From: Malacoraja senta
Taxonomy: Eukaryota
Direction: 5' to 3'
Assembly: GCA_038087875.1 (NCBI GenBank)
Contig: CM075989.1
Coordinates: 17,980,001 to 18,044,000 of the forward strand
DNA length: 64,000 nucleotides
Under the pieces are notes generated by a model, which was given only the letters and a program-made list of their open reading frames with translations, was not told where the DNA came from and did not search any database. Both the position numbers and the translations under genes were made by a program. How positions within the stretch are numbered: the first letter of the stretch is position 1; each line of letters begins with the position of its first letter. This document shows positions 11,482 to 23,572 of the stretch, piece after piece.

Positions 11482-12026
11482 TCACCCTGCAGCCTCTCCC
11501 TGAGCACATCATGTCAGTGCCCAGTTCTCATCCCCGAACAGCGATTGCCCGTTGCCTCTTTGACTGTCGCACTTAAGAAAAGCACTTGTTCTTTTTAGCA
11601 ACTGAACTCAAAATGGTACTTTAGCAAAATTAAATATATTGGTGCTTAGGATGCATTTTCAAAGGACCCAGACGTTGAGGGATAAATGTGGGCATGTAGT
11701 GAGTGACCGTAACAGAATGCCTGCCGTCATGGCTCATTATACTGGTGCCCATGAGGAGGCGCCAGAGAGCCACACTCCTGCTCTCTGAAGGGGATCCACA
11801 ACTGTGGCTCGATCGTATTCATTGCGTGGCTCCTGTGGGATGCCTGTCGGATATTTTCGTAAGTTATAGGAGCAGAATTAAGTCTATTCCACCATTCAAT
11901 CATGGCTGCTTTATCTTTCCCTCTCAACCCTGTTCTGCTGCCTTCTCCCCACAAACCCTGACACCCTTACTAATCACAAATCTGTCAAATATCCATTGAC
12001 TTGAATTCCACAGATTTACCACACGA

Positions 12027-12710
12027 ATGAGTGGGTTAACTTATGAGGAGCAAAAAAATCTGGAGTAACTCAGCAGGACAGGCAGCATCTCTGGAGAGAA
12101 GGAGTGGGTGGCTTTTTGGGCTGAGACCCTTTTAAGATAAGTCTTGACCCGAAACATCACCCGTTCTCCTCTTCAGAGATGCTGTCTGTCCCACTGAGTT
12201 ATTCAAGCTTTTTGCATCTATCTTCAGTTTAAACCAGCATCTGCAGCTCCTTCCTACACAACGTATGATGAGCGTTTGATGGCACTGGGCCTGTACTCGC
12301 TGGAGTTTAGAAGAATGAGCGGGGACCCCATTGAAACGTACCAAAGACTGAAAGGCTTGGATAGAGTGGATGTGGAGAGGATGTTTCCACTAGTGGGAGT
12401 GTCTAGGACTAGAGGCCATAGCCTCTGAATTAAAGGACGTTCCTTTAGGAAGTTGAGAAGGAATTTTTTTTAGTCAGAGGGTGGTGAATCTGTGGAATTC
12501 TTTGCCACAGAAGGCTCTGGAGGCCAAGTCAATGGATATTTTCAAAGCAGAGATGGATAGATTCTTGTATACTACAGTTGTCAGGGGTTATGGGGAGAAG
12601 ACAGGGCAATGGGGTTAGGAGGGAGAGACAGATCAGCCATGTTTGAATGGCATTGTGGACTTGATGGGCCAAATGGCCTAATTCTGCTCCTATCACTTAT
12701 GACCTTATGA
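12027..12710 (+). mobile_element. CR1 fragment interrupted by a fold-back Penelope hammerhead module (~12052-12260)
   Basis: CR1 sequence resumes after a degenerate TSD aacttatgaggagc / aacgtatgatgagc. Confidence 0.8.
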
Positions 12711-13094
12711 CCACCCTCTGAGTGAAGAAATTCCTTATCTCCTTACTAAAGGTGTGTCCTCTTATGCCGAGGATGTGGCCTCTGGTCCTAGACTCTCCCA
12801 CTAGTGGAAACATCCTCTCCACATGCACTCTATCCATGCCCATCACCTACTTTAAACCAGCCACAGCTCGTCCTCATTACATCGGGCAAGATTTATGAAT
12901 TCACAATTTTTATTATTTTCTTCTTTTGAAAGGTTCGTTTGCATAATCTTCCGTCAAAATACAAATCCCAAGCTGTTATAAAGCATTTGTGATTGATGTA
13001 ACCAGGCCAGTTAATTTCTAGTGGCATCATCTCTGAATGAACTAGTGGCTTGTAATTATTTAATTGGTTACGACATTCCTGTCCGTCCAGTGAA

Positions 13095-13415
13095 ATGGTG
13101 GCGCAGCGGTAGAGCTCCTGCCTTACAGCTACTGCCTTACAGAGACCCGGGTTCGATCCTCACTACGGGTGCTTGTCTATATGGAGTTTGTACATTCTCC
13201 TCATGACCTGCGTGGGTTTTCTCCGAGATCTTCGGTTTCCTCCCACACTCCAAAGATGTACAGGTTTGTAGGTTAATTGGCTTGGTGTCAACGTAAAATT
13301 GTCCCGTTGTGTGTGAAGGGCAGTGTTAATGTGCGGGGATTGTTGGTTGGTGTGAACTCAGTGGGCCAAAGGGCCTGTTTCCACACTGTATCTCTAAACA
13401 GAACTAAACTAAACT
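13095..13415 (+). mobile_element. HE1/V-SINE-like element
   Basis: Pol III A box tggcgcagcgg, B box ggttcgatcc, V-domain, CR1-like tail ggccaaagggcctgtttcc and (ctaaa)n. Confidence 0.85.
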
Positions 13416-13987
13416 GTGAATGCAGAGATTGGAGTTCACTGCATGATCATACAATTTTTTACAGATTATAAATAGATCGTTTATAACGAGCTGCTGCTTG
13501 TACATTTGCTTCGAAAAATAGCTGAACTGATTCAGTGGTGTTTTGGTTAGTAAATTAATAGCCAATGTGTAAGGCCAGTTGTGGTCATGAGCTGCAGTTT
13601 GAATCATTGCTCATTCCATTCCTTGTTGGAGATAAGTGGGAAAGTTAAGTTTGTAAAGTATGCCTTCTTGAAGCTTTTATTTTCTTTCCTTAAAGCTTTT
13701 AAATGCAGATGTTCCGTTTCCCTTTATATTTTGCGTTCTGTAATTTTTCCTTTCTTCAGATAGTTACTCCAGCATTTACTGAAGGTAGACAAAAATGCTG
13801 GAGGAACTCAGTGGGTGAGGCAGCATCTATGGAGAGAAGGAGTAGGCGAAGTTTCGGGTCGAGACCCTTCTTCAGACTGAAGAAGGGTCTCGACCAGCAT
13901 TTACTGTCTATCTTCGGTGTCAACCAGTACCTGCAGTTCCTTCCAACACATTCCTGGCAAGTAACTGGATGGAAAAACATATATATC

Positions 13988-14351
13988 TAGAGCCAGGATT
14001 TTGCCACAAATGCCATAAGTGCCTTTTCATGCCTTTTTTGATGATTTCACAAGGATAATGCCTTTTTCTCCATCGAGTGCCTAAATCAACCTTTTTTTGC
14101 CGTTTTGCTAAAAGGTGGTGTTATTTTCTCTAGTTGCACCGTGATTACAATGACGTTTCTATGTTAACACGTTAATATGAATAAGTTATTATTAATGTTA
14201 ACATAGCATAACTTACAACAAAATTTCCACCACCGGGGAAAATACATGCCTTTTTTTGTCAATAAATGCCTTCGTGCCTTTTTTGTAATTTTATTATGTC
14301 TTTTTGCCTGCCGATTTCAGAGTTTTTTAGTGCCTAAACATCCTGGCTCTA
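13988..14351. mobile_element. hAT-like MITE
   Basis: TIR TAGAGCCAGGAT / ATCCTGGCTCTA; 8-bp flanks TATATATC / GTTATATC (6/8 match); repeated internal TGCCT(TTT) motifs. Confidence 0.7.
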
Positions 14352-14902
14352 GTTATATCAAACGGGTTAATTATCTGTGCCTTGTAAATTAACCCACTGT
14401 TAAAGAGGGAGTTTTATCACATTTTCTGTTCAGAAATGAATCTTTAAAAAAATGAGTATCTTATAAAGTGAAATCTCCTTCTTTTGATTTTGTTTTCAAT
14501 GTATTTGGTTCAATCAAGTGCATTGTGTTGGAGTTAATAGCAGGTGGGAGCAGGATGAATTAGTGTGGTTGAAATGATCCCATGATTACAACTGCCTGGT
14601 TTAATGAGTGTCTGCTGATATTGACTGAGCACGAAAATTGTTAACTCATTGCCCTGAAACAGTCTCTCACAGGGTACTTCCAGCTGGAGTCTCAGGATGG
14701 TCCTTGCATGTTGGGGAAGCTAACTAATGTCCACTTGTCTCAGTTCAACAACGCTGCTTCATTTCACTTGGGATGGAGTCCTGGAGGTGACTAGATTATG
14801 CAGCAATAATACAACCATGGATTTAAAAGTGGTATTCAATGTCTCCATTAAAGTAAGGATCGATCGAGAAGCCAAAACCTGCTTTGGTTTCTCTAGTTTG
14901 TG

Positions 14903-15306
14903 CAGGTCCACCACTGATTTTCTGGCAACTGGTGGTCTGGCACCTCCTTTAATCCAGACAGAATTACGAGCGCGCACTTGAAATACCTTCTTGGAAGTCC
15001 CCCCCGAAAATGTGGCACCTAGGCCGTGTGAGGCAGCCGATCTCCACCTCATCGGGTTTACCGCGGCCAATCGGAGGGTGGACGTTGCCTCCCTGTGGCT
15101 GGGGCTCTGGAACTCCAGCCCGGCCGGAGCTGGCAGATTCGTTCCCATAGCCGACTTCCAAAAGCCGATTTTACGGGCCGATATCTTGGCACCCCTGGTA
15201 GTACAGTTCCAATACCGATCGACCCTCCCGGAGGCCATGACCTCTTGACCAGCAAAATGGATAATCCAGCTAGGCTCTGACGTCAAGGGAATCGGTGGTG
15301 GACCTG
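14903..15306. mobile_element. Tc1/mariner (Tigger/pogo-like) non-autonomous element
   Basis: TIR CAGGTCCACCACTGATT / AATCGGTGGTGGACCTG; flanks TG and TA, consistent with a TA TSD. Confidence 0.7.
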
Positions 15307-15859
15307 TATTATTTCCCAATGGGTCTGAATTAACTCCTAGGTTTTATTGTTTATTTTTAAAATCTGTTTCCCATAAATTCCCATTCTGTGTGTTGATTTA
15401 TTTCCATGCAAAGTTCAATGCTTTCAGAATATGAATATCCATGTCTTATTCCTGCCGTCCTTGCTGTGCCAGGTTTAATTAAATGTAAACAAAATGAGGC
15501 TGTGGGAGTGAATGGAGCCGGTGAGGGGGTGACAGGAGCTATGACATATTGATGAGGTGAAAGCTCGGTGTACATGGAGCAGTGTGGGAAGTCGTGGAAT
15601 TCCTCGAGTTCCTTCCAGTGATTGCATGAGCTGGTTTGGCATTGCCGTGCACCACAGGCCATCTTCAGCTGGAGGTGAGAGAAGAGCAGGTCCTATCAGT
15701 AAACTAATCAATTAAGTAAGTAAGTAATTTATTGGCCAAGTATTCACATACAAGGAATTTGCCTTGGTGCTCCGCCCACAAGTAACAACATGACATACAG
15801 TGACAGTTACGAATGACTCAGAAAACACTAAACATAAACAACTGGCAACACATGACTAG

Positions 15860-16285
15860 TGTCTGAAGAAGGGTCTTGACCTAAAACGTCGCCCATTCCT
15901 TCTCTCCAGAGATGCTGCCTGTCCTGCTGAGTTACTCCAGCTTTTTGTGTCTATCTTTGGCAACAACTGACCTCGGGTAGGGAGGTCTGCCAAGCCCATT
16001 GTTAGCAAGGGAAGGTGTGATCTCAAGAGGGATACAAATGTGATGATGAACTGCGGAACTAGTTAAACGACCAGGGTGGAGTGGAGGAAGGGGCAAGAGG
16101 GGAGGGGAGTGTTAGTAGAAGTTACTTAAAATTAGATAATTCAGTGTTGATGCTGCTGGGTTGTGTTAACCAAGCGAAATATGAGATGCAGTTCCTCAGA
16201 ATGCGTGTGGCTTCACTCTGGTAATGGAGGAGGCCCAGGACAGAAAGGTCAGTGTGGGAATGGGAGGGGGAGTTGAAATGGGTGT
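15860..16285. mobile_element. Penelope-like fragments in opposite orientations
   Basis: Plus-strand hammerhead module (15863), then a minus-strand ORF end HFNSPSHSHTDLSVLGLLH.QSEA..ELSNFK*. Confidence 0.8.
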
Positions 16286-17129
16286 TGTATAGATTCATGT
16301 TCTTCCCTAAATTGCTCTTAAGAACTATAAGATGCATTCAATACAGTTTATAAGATACATTAATCCTCTTAGTTGAGCAGAGGAGTATTTAATGGATAAT
16401 TCATTTTTTGCAAATGAAAAATCCTTTGTCATAAATTTATTTGTAATCAGTGTGGGTACTAAGTATGCAGCAATTCATCATCTGCTCTTGTATTAATAAT
16501 TGTGCTCCGACTGAAAGTGTAAATATGATTGATGTTCTGGGGAGGGGTAAGAACACTTCCCCCTCAGATCATTTACACGTGGACTTTGAACCTGTCAACA
16601 TTTGGGCTACTGTTCACCACAATACATGTGTGGCTGTTGGTTAATGGAACAACTCCCTCACCTCCACAGCTGGACCTTTGTTCATAGAACCAACCTTGAC
16701 CTCTCTCTGCTCTTCACCCTGGGAATGGTTGACGCCTTCATCCCACGAGTTCAAGCCTCTGTTGGAATATTTCAAGAGGCTGGTCCTTGCTTTCTGGCTC
16801 CACTTTAGTCCCAACCATCCTAATCTTCGGACACCCAGTGCGTAGGGCAGTGGGTAGATCAGAGGATGTCCTGTGTAGGAAAGAACTGCCAATGCTGGTT
16901 TAAATCGAGATAGATTCAAAATGCTGGAGTAACTCAGCGGGACAGGCAGCATCTCTGGAGAGAAGGAATGGGTCGAGACCCTTCTTCAGACAGTAATTTG
17001 ATGTTTAGTAGGAGGAATACTTGTCAATTTTTGTATTGTATTGTTTGGTGTGTAATTATTATCATAAATAATTCAATCAATTTAATTTTGTAAAAAAACC
17101 TTGAGTTCAAAGTCTTGGGCTTTATCCAT

Positions 17130-17690
17130 TCAGAAGCCTGGTAACAGAGGGGAGGAAGCTGTTCCCAAGTCTGGTAGACCACATTTTTAAACTTCTGTAC
17201 CTTATGTCAGATGGGAGCAGGGAGAAGAAGGAATGACTGGGGTGGGACAAGTCTTTGATTATGTTGGCTGCTTTTCCAAGGCAGCGTGAAGTTTAGATGG
17301 AGTCAATGGTGGGAAGTCTGGTCTGTGTGATGGACTGGGCTATGTCAATCATTCTGCAATTTCTTGCCGTCTTGGGCAGAACTGTTCCCAAACCAAGCTG
17401 TGATGTAACGTGACATTGTGCTTGCTATGGTGCATCTGTGGACGTGTGTAAGAGTCATTAGAAAACTGAAACATTTCCTCAGTCTATTCAGGGAGCAGTG
17501 GCGTTGTTGCGTCTTCCTGGCTGTAGCAATAATAAGGTTGATCCACGACAGATCATTGGTAATATTGAGGCCAAAGAACTTGAAGCTCTCTACCATTTTC
17601 ACATCCTCACAATTTATGCTGATTGGGGCCTGTACCTTACCATGTTTCCTGAAGTTGATAACTAGCTCCTTCATCTCACGGACATTTTCA
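17130..17690 (-). mobile_element. Rex1/Babar-type LINE fragment
   Basis: KELVINFRK..PISIN..VESFKFFG.NITNDLSW..RCTI.S..ITAWFGNSSAQD.KKLQ. Confidence 0.8.
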
Positions 17691-17769
17691 GGGAGAGGTC
17701 ATTGTCCTGCCACTTTTCACTAAGTCCTCAAAGAGGATGGACTTTGAGAATAGGGAGGGTTTTTTTTTT

Positions 17770-18065
17770 TGGAGATCCAGTGCGGAAACGGTCCCTTCGG
17801 CCCACCGAGCCCGCACCGACCAGTGATCCCCGCACGTTAACATTATCCTACGCACACTCGGGACAATTTTGCATTTACACCAAGCCACTTAACCTGCAAA
17901 CCTGTACGTCTTTGGAGTGTGGGAGGAAACAGAAGATCTCGGAGAAAACCCACGCAGTCACGGGGAGAACGTGCAAACTCCGTACAGACAGCAGCCGTAG
18001 TCAGGATTGAATCCGGGTCTCCGGCGCTTGTAAGGCAGCAACTCTACCGCTGCGCCACCATGCTC
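17770..18065 (-). mobile_element. HE1/V-SINE-like element
   Basis: Reverse complement of the consensus seen at 59037-59345. Confidence 0.85.
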
Positions 18066-18578
18066 CCTGTTCAGGTTGTACGATTTTTGGTGAGGCCACT
18101 CTTGGAATATTAATCCAGTTTTGGTCCCTTTATCTTAAAAAAAGGCTTGGTGGCAGAGCATTGACGATTCCCCGGGTTGATTCCTGGGATGAGAGGGCTG
18201 TCCTGTCAAGACAGGCTCGACCGTGTGGCTTTGTATTCCTTGGAGTTAAAAAAAAATGCAAGGAAAACCTATTGAAACATACAAGATTCGGCAGGGACTG
18301 ACAGGTGAGATGCTGAGAAGTTTCACTGTCAGAGAGACACGAACAAGAGACACAATGACAAAGTGAGAGGACGGTCAGTTAAAGCTGAGCTTCATAGAAA
18401 CAACTTCCTGGTGGAGAGAATCTGTGAAATTCCCATTCCCGTGAGGATGGCGGAGACCTCATTCAATCTAGAAGTGGAGATGGGTAAATGTCTGAAAGAT
18501 GGAAGAACGGAACGTTTTGGGGAACTGACACATAAAGAGGCGTTGAGATAGATCGTACCGGACAATAGTTTTCAGACC

Positions 18579-19174
18579 CAAAGATAGACACAAAAACTGG
18601 AGTAAATCAGCGGGACAGGAAGCATCTTTGGAGAGAAGGAATGGGTGGCGTATCGGGTCGAGACCCTTCTTCAGACTGGTTGGGGATAAGGGAAGCGAGA
18701 AATATGGACGGTGATTTGGAGAGATAAAGAACAATGAATGAAAGATATGCAAAATAGTAACGATGATAAAGGAAAGAGGCCATTGATAGCTGTTTGTTGG
18801 GTGAAAATGAGAAGCTGGTGCGACTTGGGTGGAGGAAGGATGGGGGAGAGGGAATGCCGGGGTTACCTGAAGTGAGAGAAATCAATATTCATACCACTGG
18901 GCTGTAAGCTGGCCAAGCGAAATATGAGATACTGTTCCTCCAATTTGCGTTTAGTCTCACTCTGACAATGGAGGAGACCGAGGACAGAAAGGTCTGTGTA
19001 GGAATGGGAAGGAGAATTAAAGTGTTCAGCAACTGGGAGACAGGTAGGTTCAGGCGTGTGGAGCGAAGGTGTTCCGTGAAACGATCGCCCAGTCTGCGTT
19101 TGGTCTCGCCGATGTATACGAGTCCACATCTTGAACAACGGATACGGTTGATGAGGTTGGAGAAGGTGCAAGTG
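18579..19174 (-). mobile_element. 5'-truncated Penelope-like element (GIY-YIG endonuclease, UTR, hammerhead module)
   Basis: CSRCGLVYIGETKRRLGDRFTEHLRS, a frameshift, then PVAEHFNSPSHS..KLEEQYLIFRLASLQPSGMNIDFSHFR*. Flanked by a perfect 14-bp TSD ATAGTTTTCAGACC at 18565-18578 and 19175-19188. Confidence 0.92.
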
Positions 19175-20684
19175 ATAGTTTTCAGACCGTTGTGCCTCGA
19201 ACTGAGCCATGATGATGCCCTTTTGTAAAGCACAAAACAAGTAAACACAGAATTAAATTCCAAAGCAATATTCCCATTCGATATACCGTGGGCTTTTAAA
19301 CTAATCACAATGTTATGATTCATCCAGGAGTAATGTAATTAGACAATATCATCCCACACAAAGGCCTGCTTCCACTTTCAGGAACTCATTTGTCCTCTAG
19401 TTCAGATGCACTAAGAGTTATAATTATCTTTGGCGCTTTGGAACTGAGATGAAATTAAAAAAAAACAGCTATGTACAAATGGCTAATTTGCAAGGAATGC
19501 TGATGAGTTGCTGATCAGATTTTAAGATTTAATTGTTCCCTCTGTAGATTGACAATTTAATTTTTTTGTTTTTAAAAATTCTCCATCTGCGGGTAGGGAA
19601 ATTAAATGTAGTCAACGGCCAAAAACGAACAAACAAACCATCTGCCAATGATCAATGAAGGTTACATGGAGTGAAATTCCTCTTTCTAGCAAAAACATTT
19701 GACTGCTTTTCCTCCCTTTGTGTGTGTAATGACCTGCTATTGAAATGGCACAACAGAAACCGTGCATTTCCAAGCTGCCTGCATGATGATTTGTGACTTG
19801 GGCCATTAGTTAAGGAGCGTAACAGGTAATTTCCAGTGTTTTTTTTTGGTCGAGAGGGATTTCATCCTTTCTAGAGGAAATTCGGAACAATCCCGACACA
19901 ATTTTTGGGAATTAAAGAAACATTCTGGGCACCGTGCGTGAATCTGGCAGGGTTGTCCACGGACACGCTTAGATTCAGCGCCGATTTCTTCAGGCCAAGC
20001 TGAAGCGGACTTCCAATCTAGACGCCGTCTGCTCATAATTAAAAGTAAAAAGAAATTTTGCATCAGTAAAATAATCGCTGCATCCCCAGTGGGTTGAAGG
20101 AATACGCTTTTGTACAGAAGACGTAAGGAAGTCGTGTACTGTATAAACTTCTGCGTAGTTTTACCTAATAAACATTTGCGTAGTTCTACCAAATAAAATG
20201 CTGTTTGGTTAGTTTGCGCAAACTGATTCAGTTCACGTGAAATATAATGGAGGATGACGGCAGTACGCATTGGATGTCTCTTGCTGACCCAGCTCGGCTA
20301 AAAGCTTGTGGGAGCTGTAGTGAGGGGGGGAAAGTTACTACATGTGCCTGAATAATTAAACCTCCATGGCAGGACCAATCTAGACTAATGGAACGGAGTG
20401 CCAGACAGTCAGCCCTTTGACCCCAGGAAATGGCTTCAAATTGAGTTTGGACTAATAGGGAGCACCTGATGTTGGAACCCTGCATGTTACGAGCTTGGCT
20501 ATTTATACCAATAAACTAAGCTGCTGACAAATTGATGCCCAAATTCAGCTGTCATCTGGAAACAAAGACCTGCTTTTATTGTGGTGCAGTTTGCATTGCA
20601 TTTGCAAAAGTCCCAAAGCTCATTGTAGCCATCTGAAAACTAGTCACTGTTTAATGTAGGAATTGCATGCGGCAAAACCCCATG

Positions 20685-20880
20685 AAGATAAACACAAAAT
20701 GCTGGAGTAACTCAGCGGGACAGGCAGCATCTCTGGAGAGAAGGAATGGGTGACGTTTCTGGTCTCTTCAGTCTCGGTCTGAAATGTCACCCATTCCTTC
20801 TCTCCAGAGATGCTGCCTGTCCCACTGAGTTACTCCAGCATCTTTGGGGTAAATCTGCATCTGCAGTTTCTTCATCCACA
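20685..20880. mobile_element. Fold-back Penelope end module
   Basis: Inverted arms meet in a deleted core at about 20755-20788; direct repeat AAGATAAA at both ends. Confidence 0.75.
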
Positions 20881-21999
20881 AAGATAAAGCGTTGATTGAA
20901 GAATAAATATTTGTAAGGACACCAGGGATAATTTGTGACTGCCATCAGTTACTGGGAGTAACAGGTTGACCATTTTGTTTTGCTTGTAGACTGAATGCAA
21001 TTTGTTCGAAAATGCTGGAGTAACTCAGCGGGTGGGGCAGCTTCTCTGGAGAAAAGGAATAGGTGATGTTACGGGTCGAGACCCTTCATCAGACTGGGAG
21101 TCAGGGAGGGGGAAACTGGAGGTATGGGAAGGTACTGAAGGTACAGAGCCTGCAACGTAGTTCAGTTTAGTTCATTGTCACGTGCACCGAGGTACAGTGA
21201 AAAGCTTTTGTTTGCATGCTATCCAGTCTTCAGAAAGACAATACATGATTACAATTGAGCCATTACAGGGTATAGATACATGATAAAGGGATAACGATTT
21301 GTGCAACGTTAAGCCAGGACTCGAGAAAGATGGAATGGTCAATGGTCCAGTGTTGGCTGGGGAAGAGGTAATAATGAAGGGATACAAACGATGAAATTAG
21401 CCAGAGGACTAGCGTGGGGGGAGGGATGGAGAGAGAGAGGGAATGCAAGGGTTACTTGAAGTTGATTTGAGTTTGCTAATGTTATGAATCAAAAGGGGGG
21501 AAGTTAGCTGTGAGGAAATCGAGAAGCTGGGGAGAGATACAGAGAGATTAAATAGCAAGAATCGTAAAGGTATCCACTGTTATGTTTGTTAAATTAAAGT
21601 GCAGTTAAATTTGAAGATCAGTCACCATGTTATCCAAGTGGAATTATCAACTCTCATCCAAGGAATCAGTGATAATCCTGTCCGTGAATGAAAAGAGTAG
21701 GTGTCTGGGCTGGAACATGGGTGCAATGAGGATGAGATGAAGTCTGAAGGGTGAAAATGTTTCCATGTTTTTCCATGCGACAACAAAACCAATCTCTGCA
21801 CATTTTCTTGCTGGCAGTCTCAGAAAGGTTTTGTGGTTGTTTCTGGTTCCGACGTTGATTAATTGTTTAATTAATGTAAATAACTGTGCTTCTGGTGCAG
21901 TCGTGGCCATGCAGATATATTTTTGAAGAATTTCAAAATTCACACCTTGCATTTACACGTTTTTATAGGCCCTCTCACGTAAGTGCATAACTTAAAGGC

Positions 22000-22420
22000 A
22001 CAGAATTAGTCCATTCCGCCTGTCGAGTCTACTCCGCCATTCAATCACGGCTGATCTATCTTTCCGTCACAACCCCTCTCTCCTGCCTTCTCCCCGTGAC
22101 CTTTGACACCTATACTAACCAAGAATCTATCTCTGCCTTAAAAATATCCATCGACTTGACCTCCAAATCTTTCCGTGCCATTGAATTCCATAGATTCACC
22201 ACACTCTGACTAAATAAATTCCTCCTCATCTTTCTAAAGGTACATAAATTATTTTGAGGCTGTGCCCTCTGGTCCTAGACTCTCCCACTAGTGGAAACAT
22301 CTTCTCCACAATCCACTGTATTCAGGCCTTTCACTCTCCTGTATGTTTCAATGAGGTCCTCCCCCATCCGTCTAAATTCCAGCGAGTACACGCCCAGCGT
22401 TGTCAAGTTGCTCATCATAT
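22000..22420 (-). mobile_element. CR1 3' fragment
   Basis: Reverse complement of the CR1 ORF2 end and tail (ctctggtcctagactctcccactagtggaaacatc). Confidence 0.8.
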
Positions 22421-23369
22421 GTCAGTCAGGAAATGAAATCAGTCAGGAAATGAAATCAGAGCATGAAATCATGAAATCATCGTGGTCAGTCTGTAAAAGG
22501 GTATCGAACTGAAACGTCACCTATTTATTCTTTTTTCTCCAGAGATGCTGTCTGACACACTGAGTTACACCAGCTTTTTTGAAACTGCTGCAGTTGTAAT
22601 GTAACCCTGCAGGTGGCAGTGTGTAGCTACCCAATGTTCAAGACCCAACCTTGTTCCGAACTTCATCCCAAACAGGATGAACATGTTCCAAGATGTTCCC
22701 CTTTTAGAGTGTATGAGTTGATCACCAATTTAACCCTTTTTCTCCGTGAAAGACCGCCTCGCCATCCGGTAGACACGGTGGCGCAGCGGTAGAGTTGCTG
22801 CCTCGCAGCGCCAGAGACCCGGGTACGGTCCTGACTGTCTGTACGGAGTGTGTACGTTCTCCCCGTGACCGGGTGGGTTTTCTCGGGGTGCTCCGGTTTC
22901 CTCCCACACTCCAAAGACGCACAGGTCTGGAGACCAATTGGCGTCAGTAAAATTGTCCCTAACGCGTAGGGTAGTGTTAGTGATCGCTAGTCGGCGCGGG
23001 CTCTGTGGGCCGAAGGTACTGTTTCCGCAATCTGTGTCTCTAAACTCCAAACGGGAGCGGCTGATAAAATGCAAACTCCTCGGGAAAGGGCTGATCGGTT
23101 TCCAACAGCTGAAGTTAGCCTTCCTCTGTCTGCCTCTCACAGACAATGAAGGTGAACTTCCATGGAGGAGCATCCCAGTGTAGTTTATAGTTTCCACTTG
23201 TTTCACTAGTATCCACGGTTCAGGAACTGAGTCATTGACAAAAGGCGATTCCTTCGGGGACATGTCTGCTGAATTCTCAATTAAATAACTCTTTGCTTGT
23301 GATTTAAAAAATGTTTCCTGCACTTTCCTCGTGAGGCTTTGTGGTCAGCGGATGGAATTGTTCCTATCC

Positions 23370-23572
23370 TTGAAGATAGACACAAGATGCTGGCTTAACT
23401 CAGCGGACCAGGCGGCATCACTGGAGTAAAGGAATAGGTGATGTTTCCAAATTTAAAAAATGGTCCGTAGAAGGGTCTTTTTTCCAGAGATGCTGCCTGT
23501 CCCGCTGAGTTACTCCAGCATTTTGTGTCTACCTTCGGTGTAAACAAGCATCTGCAGTTCCTCCCTACATAC
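23370..23572. mobile_element. Fold-back Penelope end module
   Basis: TSD ATTGTTCCTATCC (23357-23369) / ATTGTTCCTGTCC (23573-23585). Confidence 0.8.

Noticed and set aside
14759-15319. 186-aa ORF and overlapping ORFs
   Set aside because: They lie mostly in a GC-rich TIR element (14903-15306) and show no transposase or other motif.
15357-15711. Possible minus-strand exon after a good polypyrimidine acceptor (~15669)
   Set aside because: No recognisable protein in any frame and no matching donor.
22730-23323. 197-aa ORF
   Set aside because: The C-terminal half is antisense V-SINE, and the N-terminal half has no recognisable homology or clear splice pair.
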